From: Podospora anserina
Taxonomy: Eukaryota
Reading direction: 5' to 3'
Assembly: GCA_017654855.1 (NCBI GenBank)
Contig: CM030338.1
Span: 682,001-746,000 of the forward strand
Length of the DNA: 64,000 nt
Positions within the stretch are counted from its first letter, which is position 1; each line of letters opens with the position of its first letter. Made by a program: the position numbers and the translations under genes. Shown here piece by piece: positions 25,507 to 39,838 of the stretch. A model generated the notes under the pieces. That model was not told the DNA's origin, did no database searches, and saw only the letters and a program-made list of their open reading frames with translations.

Positions 25507-27030
25507 ATGGGTTCCAAAGCACAGCAACCCATCGAGGCGTCGCGCAAGAAGCCCGAGTACGAGTTCTTTGGACCGTAAGTGCGAACAATCCCTCTTGCTG
25601 CCCCGCATTTCGCTAATCACGTCTTCTCCAGACCCGGCGCTGCCCTGATCAGCTTCGTCCTCCCACCCCTCGTCTACGCCATCACCTTTGCGTGTAACGA
25701 TCTGTCCGGCTGCCCAGCGCCTTCCCTCCTCCATCCCAAAAACCTCGATCTCAATGTGTTGAAGCGCGAAGTTGGTTGGCCACAAGATGGGTGGCCTGGT
25801 CTCTTCAGTTGGGAGGCCACAGGGTGGACCTTGGCTTTCTACCTCTTCAACGCCATCCTGTACAGAATCCTTCCCGCGACCGAGACCGAGGGCACAGTTT
25901 TGCGAAGTGGTGGCCGGTTGAAGTACAGATTCAATGCCTTCTCCACCACCATGTTCTGCATCGTTGCTGCCGCCGCCGGTACCATCGCCCAGGGCGCCGA
26001 GTTCCCCCTTTGGACCTACATCACCGACAACTATGTGCAGATTCTGACTGCCAACACACTCATTGCCTATGCGCTCGCCACTTTTGTCTACGTTCGCAGC
26101 TTCAGCGTCAAGCCTGGCAACCCCGAGAATCGCGAGCTTGCTGCCGGTGGCGTTACTGGCAACATGATATACGACTGGTACATTGGGCGCGAGCTCAACC
26201 CACGCGTCACCCTCCCCTTCATTGGCGAGATCGACATCAAGGAGTGGATGGAGTTGCGCCCCGGCATGCTGACCTACATCTTGCTGAACGGGGCTTTCAT
26301 TGCGAAGCAGTACCGCAACTATGGCTATGTCACCGACAGCATCGTCTTCGTGGCTGTCGTGCAGACACTTTACGTCTTGGACGGCCAGTACATGGAGCCC
26401 GCCATCATGACGACTATGGATATCACCACCGATGGGTTTGGGTTCATGCTTTCGTTTGGTGACCTTGTCTGGGTTCCATTCATCTACACCCAGCAGACAC
26501 GTTACCTTGCCACCCACCCACAGACGCTGGGTCCTTTGGGACTTGCCGGTGTCGGTGCTTTGTTGGTGCTCGGCTTTGCCATCTTCCGCCTGTCCAACAG
26601 CCAGAAGAATGACTTCCGCACCAACCCCAATGACCCCAAGCTGGCTCATCTCAAGTATATGCCCACCAAGGCGGGCACTCGTCTGCTCATCTCTGGCTGG
26701 TGGGGCATTGCCAGACACATCAACTACTTTGGTGACTGGCTTCAGGCTTGGCCCTACAGTTTGCCCACCGGGCTTGCCGGCTACACCATCCTGTCTGCAG
26801 GAAGTGCTGCTGTGGATGGCGCGACCAGGATGCTTGACGGCCGCCAGGTTATCCCCGGTGAGGCCAAGGGGTGGGGCATCATCTTCACCTACTTTTACGT
26901 CTTGTACTTTGCCATTCTGTTGATCCACCGTGACCGCAGAGACGACGAGAAGTGCGCCAAGAAGTATGGCGAGGACTGGGAGAAGTACAAGAAGACTGTC
27001 AGATGGAGGATCATTCCTTACATTTACTGA
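25507..27030 (+). CDS. ERG24: Delta(14)-sterol reductase (ERG4/ERG24 family), 2 exons
   Basis: Exon 1 ends YEFFGP, intron 25575-25632; motifs GNMIYDWYIGRELNPR, ELRPG, DITTDGFGFMLSFGDL, LLISGWWGIARHINYFGDW and HRDRRDDEKC.KKYG. Confidence 0.95.
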
Positions 27031-27578
27031 GATCGGTAATGATTGGTGAATGGGTTCCGGTGGGAATGGAGATGCAGTGGACATGGGAGAGGGGGCAATG
27101 AATAAAACGGTTGGGATCTTGGGCGGACTGGAATAATTTTGGGGCCAGATATACATGCAGGAAAGGTGTTGGAGTTGAATACATAGCAAATCTACATACA
27201 ATGCATAATCTAATACCATGCAACAAGACTCCCTCGCTGCTCTGACGAGTGACAATTCGTGCCAGAACTTCCCCCTTTTCCAGGGCGGTGAGCAAACCGT
27301 GACAAGCAACAAATTGACTTGATGGCCCGTGCTTTCAGCCCAGCCAACCAACACGTGACAAAGTTTCAACAGTGGGTCTCGAAAATTAACCACCAGCGTT
27401 GGCTTGGCCAATCCATCAACGCGTGTTTCCGTCCTCAACACTGTAGACGAAAAACACACATCGAACCCGACGACGACCGAATCGCTGATCGAGTTTTTAC
27501 CAACCAACCACACATTCCATCAGACTTCTGTTATTCTAGAGCCTCGGAAATCACGAATTCATCAAACAAGCCGCTACC

Positions 27579-28444
27579 ATGTCTGACGTTAACATCCAGT
27601 GAGATACTGCCCTGCCAAACCGCCCATCTTATTCAAATCATAGGGGCAGAAGCTAATTAGGCGGTTTTCTGTGATGTAGGGCACTTCTCAACAAGCCTCG
27701 TAACGAGTGCACGTAAGTCTGATCCTCTCAAACTCACCCTTTGCAGTCGAAATGACGCTGACCTCTTCAATAGTGAGTATGAGATTGCTCAACTGGTACG
27801 CATTGTCAAACCTGCATTTTCAAACAAGGCAGAAGCCGAGCGAATCAGTGATTGACTTTTCGACCTTTCGATGATTGCAGGAAGCCTATGAGATGAGCAA
27901 TGGGCCGCTTTCCCTCCTCCAGACGGCCGTCCGCAGTCACTCTCAGGTTTTGATTAGCATTCGGTCAAATCGCAAGCTGTAAGTTTGTCATATCAATGAA
28001 TGAGATGGGATATGGGGGCAATGCTGACCTGGGATTTTGTCTGCGCGTTTTAGTCTTGCCAGAGTGAAGGCTTTTGACAGGCATTGCAACATGTAAGTCT
28101 TTTTCTATGACTGTTGAAGCTGTTGTTTTCTAGTGCTAACATTCTCTTAGGATTCTTGAGAACGTCGTAAGTGGCTACCTGCCGGATAGACGGACACCAG
28201 TCCCGAAGCCTTCAAGAGGCCACCCCGAGGTGAGGCTGACTTTGGTTTTATCTGTACAGAAAGAGATGTGGACCGAGACTCCAGTACACAACGGAAAGAA
28301 GGGCCGGCCGGTGAACAAGGATCGGTTTATCAGCAAGATGTAAGTGGCACCTGTGGTTCTTGAGGAGTTAGTTGTACTCTTGGCTGACATGGATTTTGCA
28401 GGTTCTTGCGGGGTGATAGTGTCATTCTCGTTTTGCTCAGCTGA
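27579..28444 (+). CDS. SMD2: Small nuclear ribonucleoprotein Sm D2 (8 exons)
   Basis: Manual splicing of exons 27579-27598, 27680-27712, 27774-27795, 27881-27978, 28054-28092, 28151-28166, 28260-28339 and 28402-28444 gives [116 protein letters not shown]. Confidence 0.95.
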
Positions 28445-30500
28445 TTGGATTTTTTTTGTTGGACCTTGAGGCTGGCCGGAGATAACTAGAGTGGCCTACA
28501 GAGTTGGCGAACACAACTGCCGTGCTTCGGGGTCTGGTTGACGGCCAAGAGACTCGGACCGTTTCGCTGCCCTCTCCGGGTTGTCGGGTAGCCGGTGGAG
28601 ACGTGTAAGGTCGGTAAACAGAGGGTTGGGCGGGTGTCATTACACCGTGGCGTTTTCAGTTTTCAGGGCTCTTTGCGAATTTGGCAGATTCTACATTTTC
28701 GGACCAACCAGTATAAATAAAAGCTCGGCGTTGCTTTCGCTAATCACCAACCAAACGTCCTTTGAACATGGACTTGGGTGTCGGTAAGGATGGATGGGTG
28801 GGCAAGTAGTAGATTGACACTCGACATGGAAGGGTGGGAGCTCTTTGTGTTTCTTGGTTCTTTCCGGGAGAAGAACCTGAAGCTCCGTAACCCTGAAGCC
28901 GTTGCGCTACGGGATATAGGGCTACCCGAGACGCTCCCAGTTCCCCAAGGAGCTACACACAGATTGGCCCCTGACATCCATGCGCCGAGCCCATTCCATA
29001 ACGTCAAGCAGTAGGTACTGTGAGACCTCGAGTCACATGTCCAGTGACCCGGGACGCTGCTGTTGAATCCATGACTACAACAGAGACAACACTGTACAAC
29101 GTTGCATGACCTGCTGCTGGAGTGGTGTCTTCGTATGTTTGTTCAAGCATGTTTATACGACACACCGGTGACCAAGAGCATGGATACAGCGTTGGAGTCA
29201 GGAATGTAACACCACCCATCCGGTTTTCTTCGGCTTTTGTACTTTTTTTGTTGCAAATGATGAAGTGAACTTTCACGTCCTCATCATCTCATCACCAGCG
29301 GAAGTGATGGTTCGTCGCCGCCTCGCTTGCTTCACCGGCAGCCGTGGCGTCGGAAAAGGACCGATGCAGGTTCGTACCGTGTAACCGAATTCCTCGCAGC
29401 AGAGAGAGAAGATGGTACGGGGAAGGCGACCCGGCACATGGTGAAGTTGGTGGTTGCGGGGAAGGATGGAGGCTTGTTCGGTGGTGCGGGGCGGAATCCA
29501 CTGTTTACGACCGTTCAACTGTGGGGTTCGGCTCGGGTTACAGTGTAACGGTCACTTAAGCGCACCAGAGGGGGGGGATCGTTGCTATCCGGCGACGGAA
29601 GCCAGCCCCAGGTTTTTCTCTTCGGTTGGGGAAATGTTTTCACGGCCACCGAAGGAAGGGGGTACTCAATCTGGCAGGTGAAGACTGGCTCATCAGTGCT
29701 CACCTTGACTTTTCATCAGCGCCTGGTTCGATTGCCCAGTGTACGGATTCCGCATTTATGTACGGTATGACAGGGATCAAGCACTTGCCGAGAGCTTCAA
29801 GCTTCTGTGGCGACCAAAGTGCCGATCTCCGCCGTCTCCACTAAATTATTCCCGAACATCGTCATCTTATTGACTTTCATCTCGACCTCCAAGCACAGCA
29901 AGGGGATTCAATGTCAGCCTCCCGAGCCCCCCCCGCATTCTGGTCAGGGGAAAGGACGATCTCGTCCGTCAGATTGTCATCCGTGTTCGAGTGCAGCTTG
30001 GACGTGATCGGCCCTTTTCGCAACGGCCATGACCCGGCTTCTCACCCGCCCTCCATCCTCCCACCTGCCCGAACGGATGCGCTGCTACCCTGCAAGGCGC
30101 TGCTCTCCATGAATGGATCGAGAGGCACTTCCTGACGCTTCCTGACTTGAGTCTGGCTGTCCGGCCACTCCCACGGTTCCCACATCTCGGTCTCTTGGGT
30201 TGTGCCATCAACTCACCAGGCGAGCATGCCGAGATGGGATGACGGCTGGCTTCCCGGAAACGGTCCACTGACGTACACAACGAGATTGACCGGCCAGCCA
30301 GCCATGAGCATCTCGGGATTAAACAATGGAGGGGAGGGGGGGAAGGGACGCAGCCCTGTTAATATATATTGCTGCCCGCATAGCTCCTGTTGGTTTTGTT
30401 TCACTTCAGTGCCGTCGTCCGTGGTGATCTTCTGCATCTCCCTTGCCAACCTCCGGCAGCCTGCATCTCGCTGTACACATCAACACGAGCAGTTGCCACG

Positions 30501-33500
30501 ATGAAGTTCAGCGTGGTGGTTGCCGCCGCCCTGGCAAGCGGCGCTCTTGCCACTCCCCAATATCCTCCAAAGGTACGCATGTTCCTTCTGTTGAGTCAGT
30601 CCTACGCCTCCACTGGCCACGAGCTCTCCATCGAGCCTCAGTTGTCGTCTACAAGATTCGGTGGTCAGAGCTCTCGAAGCTGTGAACCTGTCTTTGCTTT
30701 CTTCTGTTGCTCAACAGTTTGGCTGCCCTCACGCTTACCTCAGCCGCTGCACAAAACCTCTTTATCCAGATTGATACCGATCTGATCCTGCATGATCCGC
30801 AACCAACATGCAGCTTATACATGCAGCCTTCTGGCTACCCTTTCTTGCTGCCAGAGCCGCACCTGCTGACAACCACGCACAGCTCATCAAGAGAGACCTC
30901 GCGTACTCACCTCCTGTCTACCCTTCGCCATGGATGAACCCGGAAGCCGATGGATGGGCAGAGGCGTATGTGAAAGCTCGGGAGTTTGTCTCCCAGATGA
31001 CGCTGTTGGAGAAGGTCAACTTGACGACTGGTACCGGGTGAGTTTCACCTGCTCAGATCGCCCTAACGCCATGACTGACGCTGGTATAGTTGGGCCTCGG
31101 AGCAATGTGTCGGTCAAGTAGGAGCTATCCCTCGCCTGGGGCTCCGCAGTCTTTGCATGCACGACGCCCCCCTTGGAATCCGTGGAACCGACTACAATTC
31201 CGCCTTCCCTTCAGGTCAGACAGCTGCTGCTACATGGGACCGCCAGTTGATGTACCGCCGTGGTTATGCCATTGGCAAGGAAGCCAAGGGCAAGGGGATC
31301 AACGTGATCCTTGGACCTGTCGCCGGCCCTCTTGGTCGGATGCCCGCTGCTGGGCGAAACTGGGAGGGTTTCTCTCCGGATCCGGTCTTGACAGGAGTCG
31401 GCATGGCCGAGACTGTCAAGGGACATCAGGATGCGGGCGTGATTGCATGCGCAAAGCACTTTATTGGCAATGAACAAGGTACTTGCAAACAGACCGGCAA
31501 GATGGCTGTAGTTCAACCGCGCTAATATGGCCACAGAACACTTCCGCCAAGTCGGCGAGGCTCGCGGTTATGGGTTCAACATCAGCGAGACTCTTTCCTC
31601 CAACATTGACGACAAGACGATGCACGAGCTTTACCTCTGGCCCTTTGCCGATGCCGTCCGCGCCGGTGCGGGCTCTTTTATGTGCAGCTACCAGCAGGTC
31701 AACAACTCCTATGGATGCCAAAATTCCAAGCTTATGAACGGTCTTTTGAAGGATGAGTTGGGCTTCCAGGGGTTCGTCTTGAGTGATTGGCAGGCCCAGC
31801 ATACCGGTGCAGCTGCCGCCGCGGCTGGTCTCGACATGTCGATGCCGGGAGATACCGAGTTCAACACTGGCGTCAGCTTCTGGGGTACTAACCTCACTGT
31901 GGCCGTGCTCAACGGTACTGTTCCAGCTTATCGGATCGACGACATGGCCATGCGTATCATGGCAGCTTTCTTCAAGGTGGAGAAGAGCATTGAACTGGAC
32001 CCTATCAACTTCAGTTTCTGGTCCCTCGACACTTATGGGCCTATTCACTGGGCCGCGGGCGAGGGTCACCAGCAGATCAACTATCACGTCGATGTCCGGG
32101 CTGACCATGCAAACCTCATCCGTGAAATCGCTGCCAAGGGTACCGTTCTTCTCAAGAACACCGGCTCCCTGCCCCTGAACAAACCCAAGTTTGTGGCGGT
32201 GATTGGAGAGGATGCTGGACCTAACCCCAACGGACCCAATTCTTGTGCCGATCGCGGGTGCAACAACGGCACACTCGCGATGGGCTGGGGTTCTGGCACT
32301 GCCAACTTTCCTTACCTCATCACGCCAGACGCTGCCCTGCAGGCCCAGGCCATCAAGGATGGGTCTCGCTACGAGAGCATCCTGACCAACTATGCGGCAT
32401 CCCAGACCAGGGCCTTGGTATCGCAGGATAACGTCACCGCCATTGTTTTCGTCAATGCTGACTCTGGTGAGGGATACATCAACTTTGAAGGCAACATGGG
32501 CGATCGCAACAACCTGACACTCTGGAGAGGCGGCGATGACCTGGTCAAGAACGTTTCCAGCTGGTGCAGCAACACCATTGTGGTCATCCACTCCACCGGT
32601 CCCGTTCTCATCAGCGAGTGGTATGATAGCCCGAACATCACTGCCATCCTCTGGGCCGGTCTTCCTGGGCAAGAATCCGGCAACTCCATCACCGATGTTC
32701 TCTACGGCAAGGTGAACCCCTCTGGCAAGTCGCCATTCACCTGGGGCGCCACCCGCGAGGGTTACGGCGCTGATGTTCTTTACACTCCCAACAATGGCGA
32801 GGGCGCACCCCAGCAGGACTTTTCCGAGGGTGTGTTTATTGACTACCGCTACTTCGACAAGGCCAACACGTCTGTCATTTATGAGTTTGGCCACGGCTTG
32901 AGTTATACTACCTTTGAGTACAGCAACATCCAGGTTACAAAGAAGAACGCTGGTCCCTACAAGCCAACGACAGGCCAGACAGCTCCCGCGCCGACTTTTG
33001 GGAACTTTTCGACGGATCTTAGCGATTACCTGTTCCCCGACGAGGAGTTCCCCTATGTCTATCAGTATATCTACCCCTATCTCAACACTACCGACCCGAG
33101 GAATGCTTCTGGCGACCCGCACTTTGGCCAGACGGCCGAGGAGTTTATGCCCCCGCACGCGATTGACGACTCGCCTCAGCCGTTGTTGCCGTCTTCGGGC
33201 AAGAACTCTCCCGGTGGCAACCGGGCGCTGTACGATATCCTGTACGAAGTCACGGCGGATATCACCAACACGGGGGAGATTGTGGGAGACGAGGTGGTCC
33301 AGCTGTATGTCTCTCTTGGCGGGCCTGATGATCCCAAGGTGGTGCTGCGCGACTTTGGCAAGCTCAGGATCGAGCCGGGTCAGACGGCCAAGTTTAGGGG
33401 GCTGTTGACGAGGAGGGATTTGAGCAACTGGGATGTGGTGAGCCAGGATTGGGTCATTAGTGAGCACACCAAGACGGTGTTTGTGGGGAAGAGCAGTAGG

Positions 33501-33530
33501 GATTTGGGGTTGAGCGCTGTTTTGGAGTGA
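30501..33530 (+). CDS. Secreted GH3 beta-glucosidase (4 exons)
   Basis: Signal peptide [17 protein letters not shown]; introns 30573-30882, 31038-31089 and ~31479-31536; motifs [44 protein letters not shown] and a FnIII tail. Confidence 0.95.
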
Positions 33531-35631
33531 TACCTGTTCAAAGGGGGGAATTATGTTTTGTGTTATGGCATTGAATTAGCTGTTGTAGCGTTTTGACTTG
33601 TTATACTATGGATTATTACCTTGATACACCTTTTGCTCACCTTTGGCTTGGTTGTCAACCCTCATGTTTGTCAGAAATTGGTCACGGATGTGATGGTCAA
33701 GAGTAGTCCGTCCTCGGTGTCTCGGTGGGAAAAACCCCCTTCCAGATTCACCAAGGAACTCTTCCAACCGAGACTTCCACCAGCAGCAAAGTTCCCGCCT
33801 CCTCCTCATGAGGGCTTTTCCCACCCGCGGATCCCGAGTTTTCTTGCGCCAAAAGATCACATCACGATCAAGGAATCGGAAAAGTTGGAATGAAGTTGGA
33901 TTGCTGATATGCGAAGGACTTGGACATGGAATTTCCAGCCAATAGGAGGGCGAGCTTCGATTTCTCAACCGGTCAGGAACCCCCCTCTCTTTTTGTGCGA
34001 CGTTGCAATGGGCCTTGGCCAATCACGAATGGTGGGTGCTGCGAGGGCTGCTTGTGTGCATGCGGTTTGCATGGTGTCAGACGCTAATGAGCTTGTTGAT
34101 GATGGGATGGGAGTGGGTTGAGGGTGATGAGTTCAAGATGGGCTGTGGGGGGTTGGGAGAGCTGGAGGGGATGGAGTGTTGGAGAGCTGTTCATGAGGGT
34201 ATTCAAGGACTTTTATGAGGGTTTTAGGGATCGGAACTCGTGGGGACATATTTGACAGAGATTTCGAGAGCCTACTTGCAAGAGAAGAGGTGATGATGAT
34301 TGTGCAGATAGAAACAGCCGTCTAGGCAGCACTATAATAACCTCTCATAGTACCAGAGGAAGATTTAAGCTTGTGTCTTAGTGCTCTGCATCCTGCAAGG
34401 TGCTCAAAGACGAACGAGCCAAGACATGGATATCTTACACCGTCTTCTGGCATCCTTTCAGAAACACAATGCACTGTAGAGTGGCGGATTGTTCTTTTCC
34501 TCCGAGTATAACTCTTTCCATGGCAGCCAGCGGGCACCAAGAGTTCGTTCCGCCAATGACGTGATTGGCCGGACCTGACGGCTTCACCTGCCAGGTGCGA
34601 GCGGAGTCAGGTCATTGGCCACCTCAGGGTCATGGCTGGCTGCATCAGGCATCCGCAATTGACCAAGAGAGCTTCCAAAAACAAATCTTTCCATCTCGAC
34701 TTCAACACGAACTCCCGTCCGGTCGACCACACCGTGGACCAGCAGCATCTCCGATTCAACCCGAGCTTTGTGTTCCAGGAACTCTCCGGGATTTATTTCA
34801 GTAAATAAACAGTCGTCTGCTTTGCCAGAATGGTCTTGTCTTTTGTTCCGAGTCTCTCGCGGCTCGTGGGGGAGGCCAGCCGCTGCGAGGGAGCGGCACG
34901 AGATTGCCAGTGCCGCGGTTGACATCCACGACGAGCTTCTTATCGCTGTGACAGCTGGATTGGTAGGACCCCTACAGCTGGACCACATGGCTTGCACGCT
35001 TCGTGATAGTGTAAATTGAATGAGCTTTTGAGCTTTCTGCAGGCCAAACGTCACCCATCTTCAAGCTGTGTCTTCGAAGATCATAATCTCTCATGTCGAT
35101 AGAGTCAGTTGATGGTCAGAATGATCCAGTCTAGAGCTACAGTCTAGAGTACAATACGACCGATAAGATTAAGCTGACATCCATTGCTATATTCGGTCCA
35201 AGCCATGAGCCCTGTCAGAACGACTCGAGCTATCTACATCCACGCCCAAGTCCACATGCCAAGCGCAACCTTCAGGGATACATCTCACCCACCCACTCTT
35301 GAACCCACCCCTCCATCACGCCTAAGCCAGACATACAGCGCCGTTGCGAGGCCTTGCCCCGGAGCCCTACACATGTGGCATCATTTACCTCGCCATGCAT
35401 CTTTCCAGTCAGCAAGTAAGAGCCCTATCCGGGGTCTGTAACAAGATGATCTGGTCCACCAGACCGCATCTAGATACCCTGCAGGTGAAGGATATGACTC
35501 CAGCCGAGCCAAAGACTTGATATAGGGATCACTTCCACACCTCTCCCACACTCGGAATCGGTACCTTTTCTGCTCAATATCAACCACTGTGTTTGCCTCC
35601 GAACCACCACCGAGCAATCACATCACTCACG

Positions 35632-37239
35632 ATGGCATCACGCATCACCCCGGTGTCCGAGTCTGCAGCCGCTCTTCCCGAAGCTCGGAGCCATTCACCC
35701 TGGCGACGATCGGCTTGTGATCGATGCAGAAGCCAGAAGCTCCGTTGCACACGCAAGAAAGAGGACGACACAAGCACCCCGTGCACAAGATGCCTTCGTA
35801 TTCGATTTCCTTGCTTTACCAGTCCGGCCAAGCCACCGGGCAGGCTTGCACACAGAAGAGCCCAAGCAGCAAACAATGCATCCCTCTGCGATGTTGCTCA
35901 ACGTCAACCACCTTTCGTGTCCTTACCTGGCAGTGGACATGCCATGACCTCGGGAGACCAGATGGCTTGCGGTAACCCTCTATATGCTCCATGGCCCTAC
36001 ACTCAGCAGGGGTCTGAGCATCCGCTGGTGATGGAGGATAGCTCCATGATCATCCCTTGGGCAGATGCGAGTCACGCCATCGACGTCTTTGACTTTTCTG
36101 TTCACAGCAACACACTGTTGATGGACACTCACACTTTATGCGGCAACCACCACATCCACCCCTCGACACAACATCAGACGTCCACCATGTCTCTCCCATC
36201 ACCTCCCGAGTATCAACCCTTTAATCCAGAGGATGGCTTTACCATGAAGCCCATTCCGACACACAAATCCTCCCGCCAGGGAGACCCAGGGGTCTTGCTT
36301 GCAAGCCTACAACAAAGCCTCTCAAAGCAGCTCCTCCACACAAAGTCCCTGCCTCGAGACTTTAGCATCCTCGATACTCTTCTACTGGGCTCAACCAAGC
36401 CCAGCGACGGTTTCGACCCTTTATCCTCAGTCCTGAGCAGCACCTCTGAGCTGATCGAAATCTCGCAACTATTCCATCGACCTACAGACGAAAACAGCCA
36501 CAAAAGATCACCCAGCATCACCGATGACAGTGTTCAGGGCGCATCACGATGGCCATCACCCGCCTCGAGTTCTTCTCAGATTCCCAGCCAGGGGTACTCT
36601 GCGGGCCCATCAACGGCAGCAAGCTCCCCATCATCATCCACCATTGTTGACCCAGCATTGGGAGGAGCACCACAGAGAAAAAACCACCAGCTCAACGGCG
36701 CGAACCTCCTGACCATGGTGTCCTGCTATCTCCAACTCATCACCATCTACGACGCCATCTTTGGACATGTGCTGCTCGAAGCGGCGTTTGCCATGACAAG
36801 GAGGTCAGGCGGGAACAATATGCAGCATGCCTTGGCGCATGCTATGCCTATTGATCTTTCTAGGGGATATCATGATTTTGGGTATGAGCAACAACAGTAC
36901 GAGGTGAATCACTGGCAAAGAGCTGGCTTGCTAGCTCGAATGGTGGATAGGCAGTTGGAGGGGGTGGAGAGGGCTTTGGGGTTGCCGAGACAGTATTGTG
37001 TTTCTTTGTCGATGCAGACGGCCACCGCTGTGGAGCAAGGGTCGCTTTCTGGACATGAGGCGAGAGGGTTGCTTGGGGTGATGCTGGGTGGGACGGCAAC
37101 GGGGGTGAGGTACGAAGGGGAGATGATGGGGGAGGGGTTTGTAGCTAATAGTGTCGAGCAGGAGGGGGGGAATATGGTTACTATGTTGCGGGAGAAGCTG
37201 GGGGGGCTGTTGCAAGGTTTGGAGGGGGGTGGGTGTTGA
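35632..37239 (+). CDS. Zn(II)2Cys6 transcription factor
   Basis: SACDRCRSQKLRCTRKKEDDTSTPCTRCLRIRFPC binuclear cluster; C-terminal LxMVSCYLQL..IY and LE.VERALGLP blocks. Confidence 0.9.
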   Translation: MASRITPVSESAAALPEARSHSPWRRSACDRCRSQKLRCTRKKEDDTSTPCTRCLRIRFPCFTSPAKPPGRLAHRRAQAANNASLCDVAQRQPPFVSLPGSGHAMTSGDQMACGNPLYAPWPYTQQGSEHPLVMEDSSMIIPWADASHAIDVFDFSVHSNTLLMDTHTLCGNHHIHPSTQHQTSTMSLPSPPEYQPFNPEDGFTMKPIPTHKSSRQGDPGVLLASLQQSLSKQLLHTKSLPRDFSILDTLLLGSTKPSDGFDPLSSVLSSTSELIEISQLFHRPTDENSHKRSPSITDDSVQGASRWPSPASSSSQIPSQGYSAGPSTAASSPSSSTIVDPALGGAPQRKNHQLNGANLLTMVSCYLQLITIYDAIFGHVLLEAAFAMTRRSGGNNMQHALAHAMPIDLSRGYHDFGYEQQQYEVNHWQRAGLLARMVDRQLEGVERALGLPRQYCVSLSMQTATAVEQGSLSGHEARGLLGVMLGGTATGVRYEGEMMGEGFVANSVEQEGGNMVTMLREKLGGLLQGLEGGGC

Positions 37240-39838
37240 AGTTGGAGCTGGCTTTGTTTTGTTGGGTACACACATGGGATCACATGGTTGTGGAGTTTTG
37301 GGCATTATTGGAGTTGTGGTTTTTGGGTAGAGCATAGCGTGATACACAAGTGGGAATATATTGTCTTGAGTTTTGCTTCTGAATGGGATCTGGAGTTTTC
37401 CACCAGTATGCTCTCTCCTGCCTTCTCTTGGTGGCTTCTGAGGTGAGAAGTGCCGAACATGGGTGATTACTGATCGTTTACGCGTTCAAGAGATGGATCC
37501 CCGGACCGTACAGTGTATGAAGGCAAGTAAGGTAGGTGGGCATGCAGTTATCGGCCCGCGCTGTCAGCGCCCGCCTTGGCAGGAAAAGGGGGGTCCTCGA
37601 TCATCGGCTGGTTCTGCCGAGACAGGGAGCGCAGAGAGGGGGGGTGGTAGAAGTCGACCTGTCTAGGTACACACCCCCTTCCCATGGGGAGTTTGAGGCA
37701 AAGCTACAATACGTACCGTGAGACGCGAGAGGCACGCCACCGACCGGTGGGGAAGTGTGGTATGCATGACTGCGGTGGGCATGTGTGGCGTGGAGTACTC
37801 GAGGCTTTGTCTCTCTCGTACCTTGAAGGGATGGCTACTGTTGATTTGCTGGGTGGTTTTTTTGTGGATGGCTGTGCCGTCTGGCTTTTACACCGTACCC
37901 GCCGCTCGGTTGGGGTTTGTTTTCCCCAGGCCAGGGGCCGGTCTAAAGTAAGGTGCTGTGAAGGCTTGTTTTGTTTACTTGTCACTAAGGGGGGGGGGGT
38001 TGCAGATGAAGGGCTGACTGGGATAGCAAGATGTGTTTGAGACTTCTTGTTTTGATACAATCGTGATTTTCGGAAGGTATTCTCACGCTTGGAGAGGAGT
38101 GTGTTTCTTTTCAGTCACTCCTACTCCTACCTGATGATGGGGCAATGAGATGGCATGGTCGGGATTTCAGAATGACTGGGGAAGAGGAAGCTTAACATTA
38201 TTTTTATCCACCTCATACCTGCAACGGTTCGGAGCCTCTGCGAAGGTTGACGTTCGGAGATGGCTGGCATCATGACCATCATCTTGATCGGGGGGTTAGG
38301 CCGAGACACGTGCCTTGCTCACTTGGGTATCTATCTGATCAAGTTATTGAGGTTTCCTAGTGTCATATCCCTTCACTTATTAAAGATTGACTGAGCAAGA
38401 AGTATCAGACGAGGGGGGTCGTGTCATGGAAGTCGGCGGGTAATTTCCATATGCACATGCTGGGAGATCTAGTGAGGTGCCTCAGGAAGCTGATAGAAGA
38501 TAACCGCCCCAGGTGTCTCTGGTTAGAGAACGCATGGCGATCTCCTGGATGACGATGATGACGCGAGATGTCAGACTGGACTCGAGGGGTGGCGGTGGCT
38601 TGAGAAGCTGGAGAAATCACATTCGGGCTGACAGAGGTGGAATCAATCTTCCAGGATCGATCGCGTGGTGGCGTCGCAATGGTGTGTGAACCTTTTTTCT
38701 CGTAGCATATATCATACCTAGGTAGGTATGCACTTTAAACTGTTTAGTTCTGCGGCTGAAACAATCTGGATTTTGGAACCTGGGGTGTTCGTGGTGTGAT
38801 GCCGAAACGGCAAAGCCGAATGCAGAAAAGAGGCACATGAGGCTAAAGCATCCGGTAGCCGGTAATGGGGTGGGGAGCATCGCGGTGGCTTCTTTAGTTA
38901 GCTTCAAAATATTGATGCCTGGTTTGCGCCCCGGGCTCATGATGACAATTGGCGTTGAGTGCTAGGATGGTGGATTAGTAACTGTACCCTGTTTGATCCC
39001 GGTGTGATGGCTGGAAATGTGAAAGATCGTGATGAAGGATGTGATTGACGTCGATCACGGAGATTTACTAAGTGGTTATTTTTGAACTTAGGTTAAGGCT
39101 GCTCCCGTCGCCAAACATCCTTGAATTTGGCTAATGATAAGGGTTGCATTAGGTGCGGTTGTGATGGAAGCTCATTCTACACTTCGCTGATGAAGCGCCC
39201 ATTTTTCGCCGATCATTAGTATATCCTGACCAACATGCTGGGTACCCACCGAGAACATACTCCAAGCCAAATGTGGGAGTGTTTCTCGCTGCGGGTGCTT
39301 GTGCTGCTGTTCTCAGTGTGGAGAAGCACACCACATTCAGGGGCCCCCTTTTCAAGTATGTGTCTCAGGGGCGAAGGCAAAATTACTGACGTGTTTCTAA
39401 AATGACGCGACTACCTTAGGTCATTTCCTTCACGAGTTGAACTTGTCTCCATAACAAAGCTATCTCTTTTTCATCACCCTACCTGGTCAAAAATTAGAAA
39501 AGTCATAACCTCCGGTATGCGGTCAGCCGGCCTAAACCACGTCTCCGATGTTCCAGAAACTTGCGGCAAAAAAAGGAAATCACGCCCCAGCACAAGACAA
39601 AGAGCTTCCGGCTCACTAATAATATGGTGTGACAGTTGACACCCTTCAGTTGTCGTCCCATCATACTGAAATGCATTACTGGGACTTGTTGGCATTGATC
39701 GGGCCAGCGTGCTATTTTTTGGGGGCCATAAGAACTGAAACTGGCCTTCAAACCGGTGCATATCCAGAGAAAGAATTCTTCACTGCATGGATCTCTTCAA
39801 TTTGCAAATTGAAAAATGTTGCAGGATACATTAAAAAC

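Noticed and set aside
25480-27513. 677-aa minus-strand ORF
   Set aside because: Antisense shadow of ERG24 caused by codon bias; no recognisable motifs.
31461-33467. 668-aa minus-strand ORF
   Set aside because: Antisense shadow of the GH3 gene.
33606-34260. Short overlapping ORFs downstream of GH3
   Set aside because: No motifs or consistent splice model; may be a decayed gene but cannot be supported.
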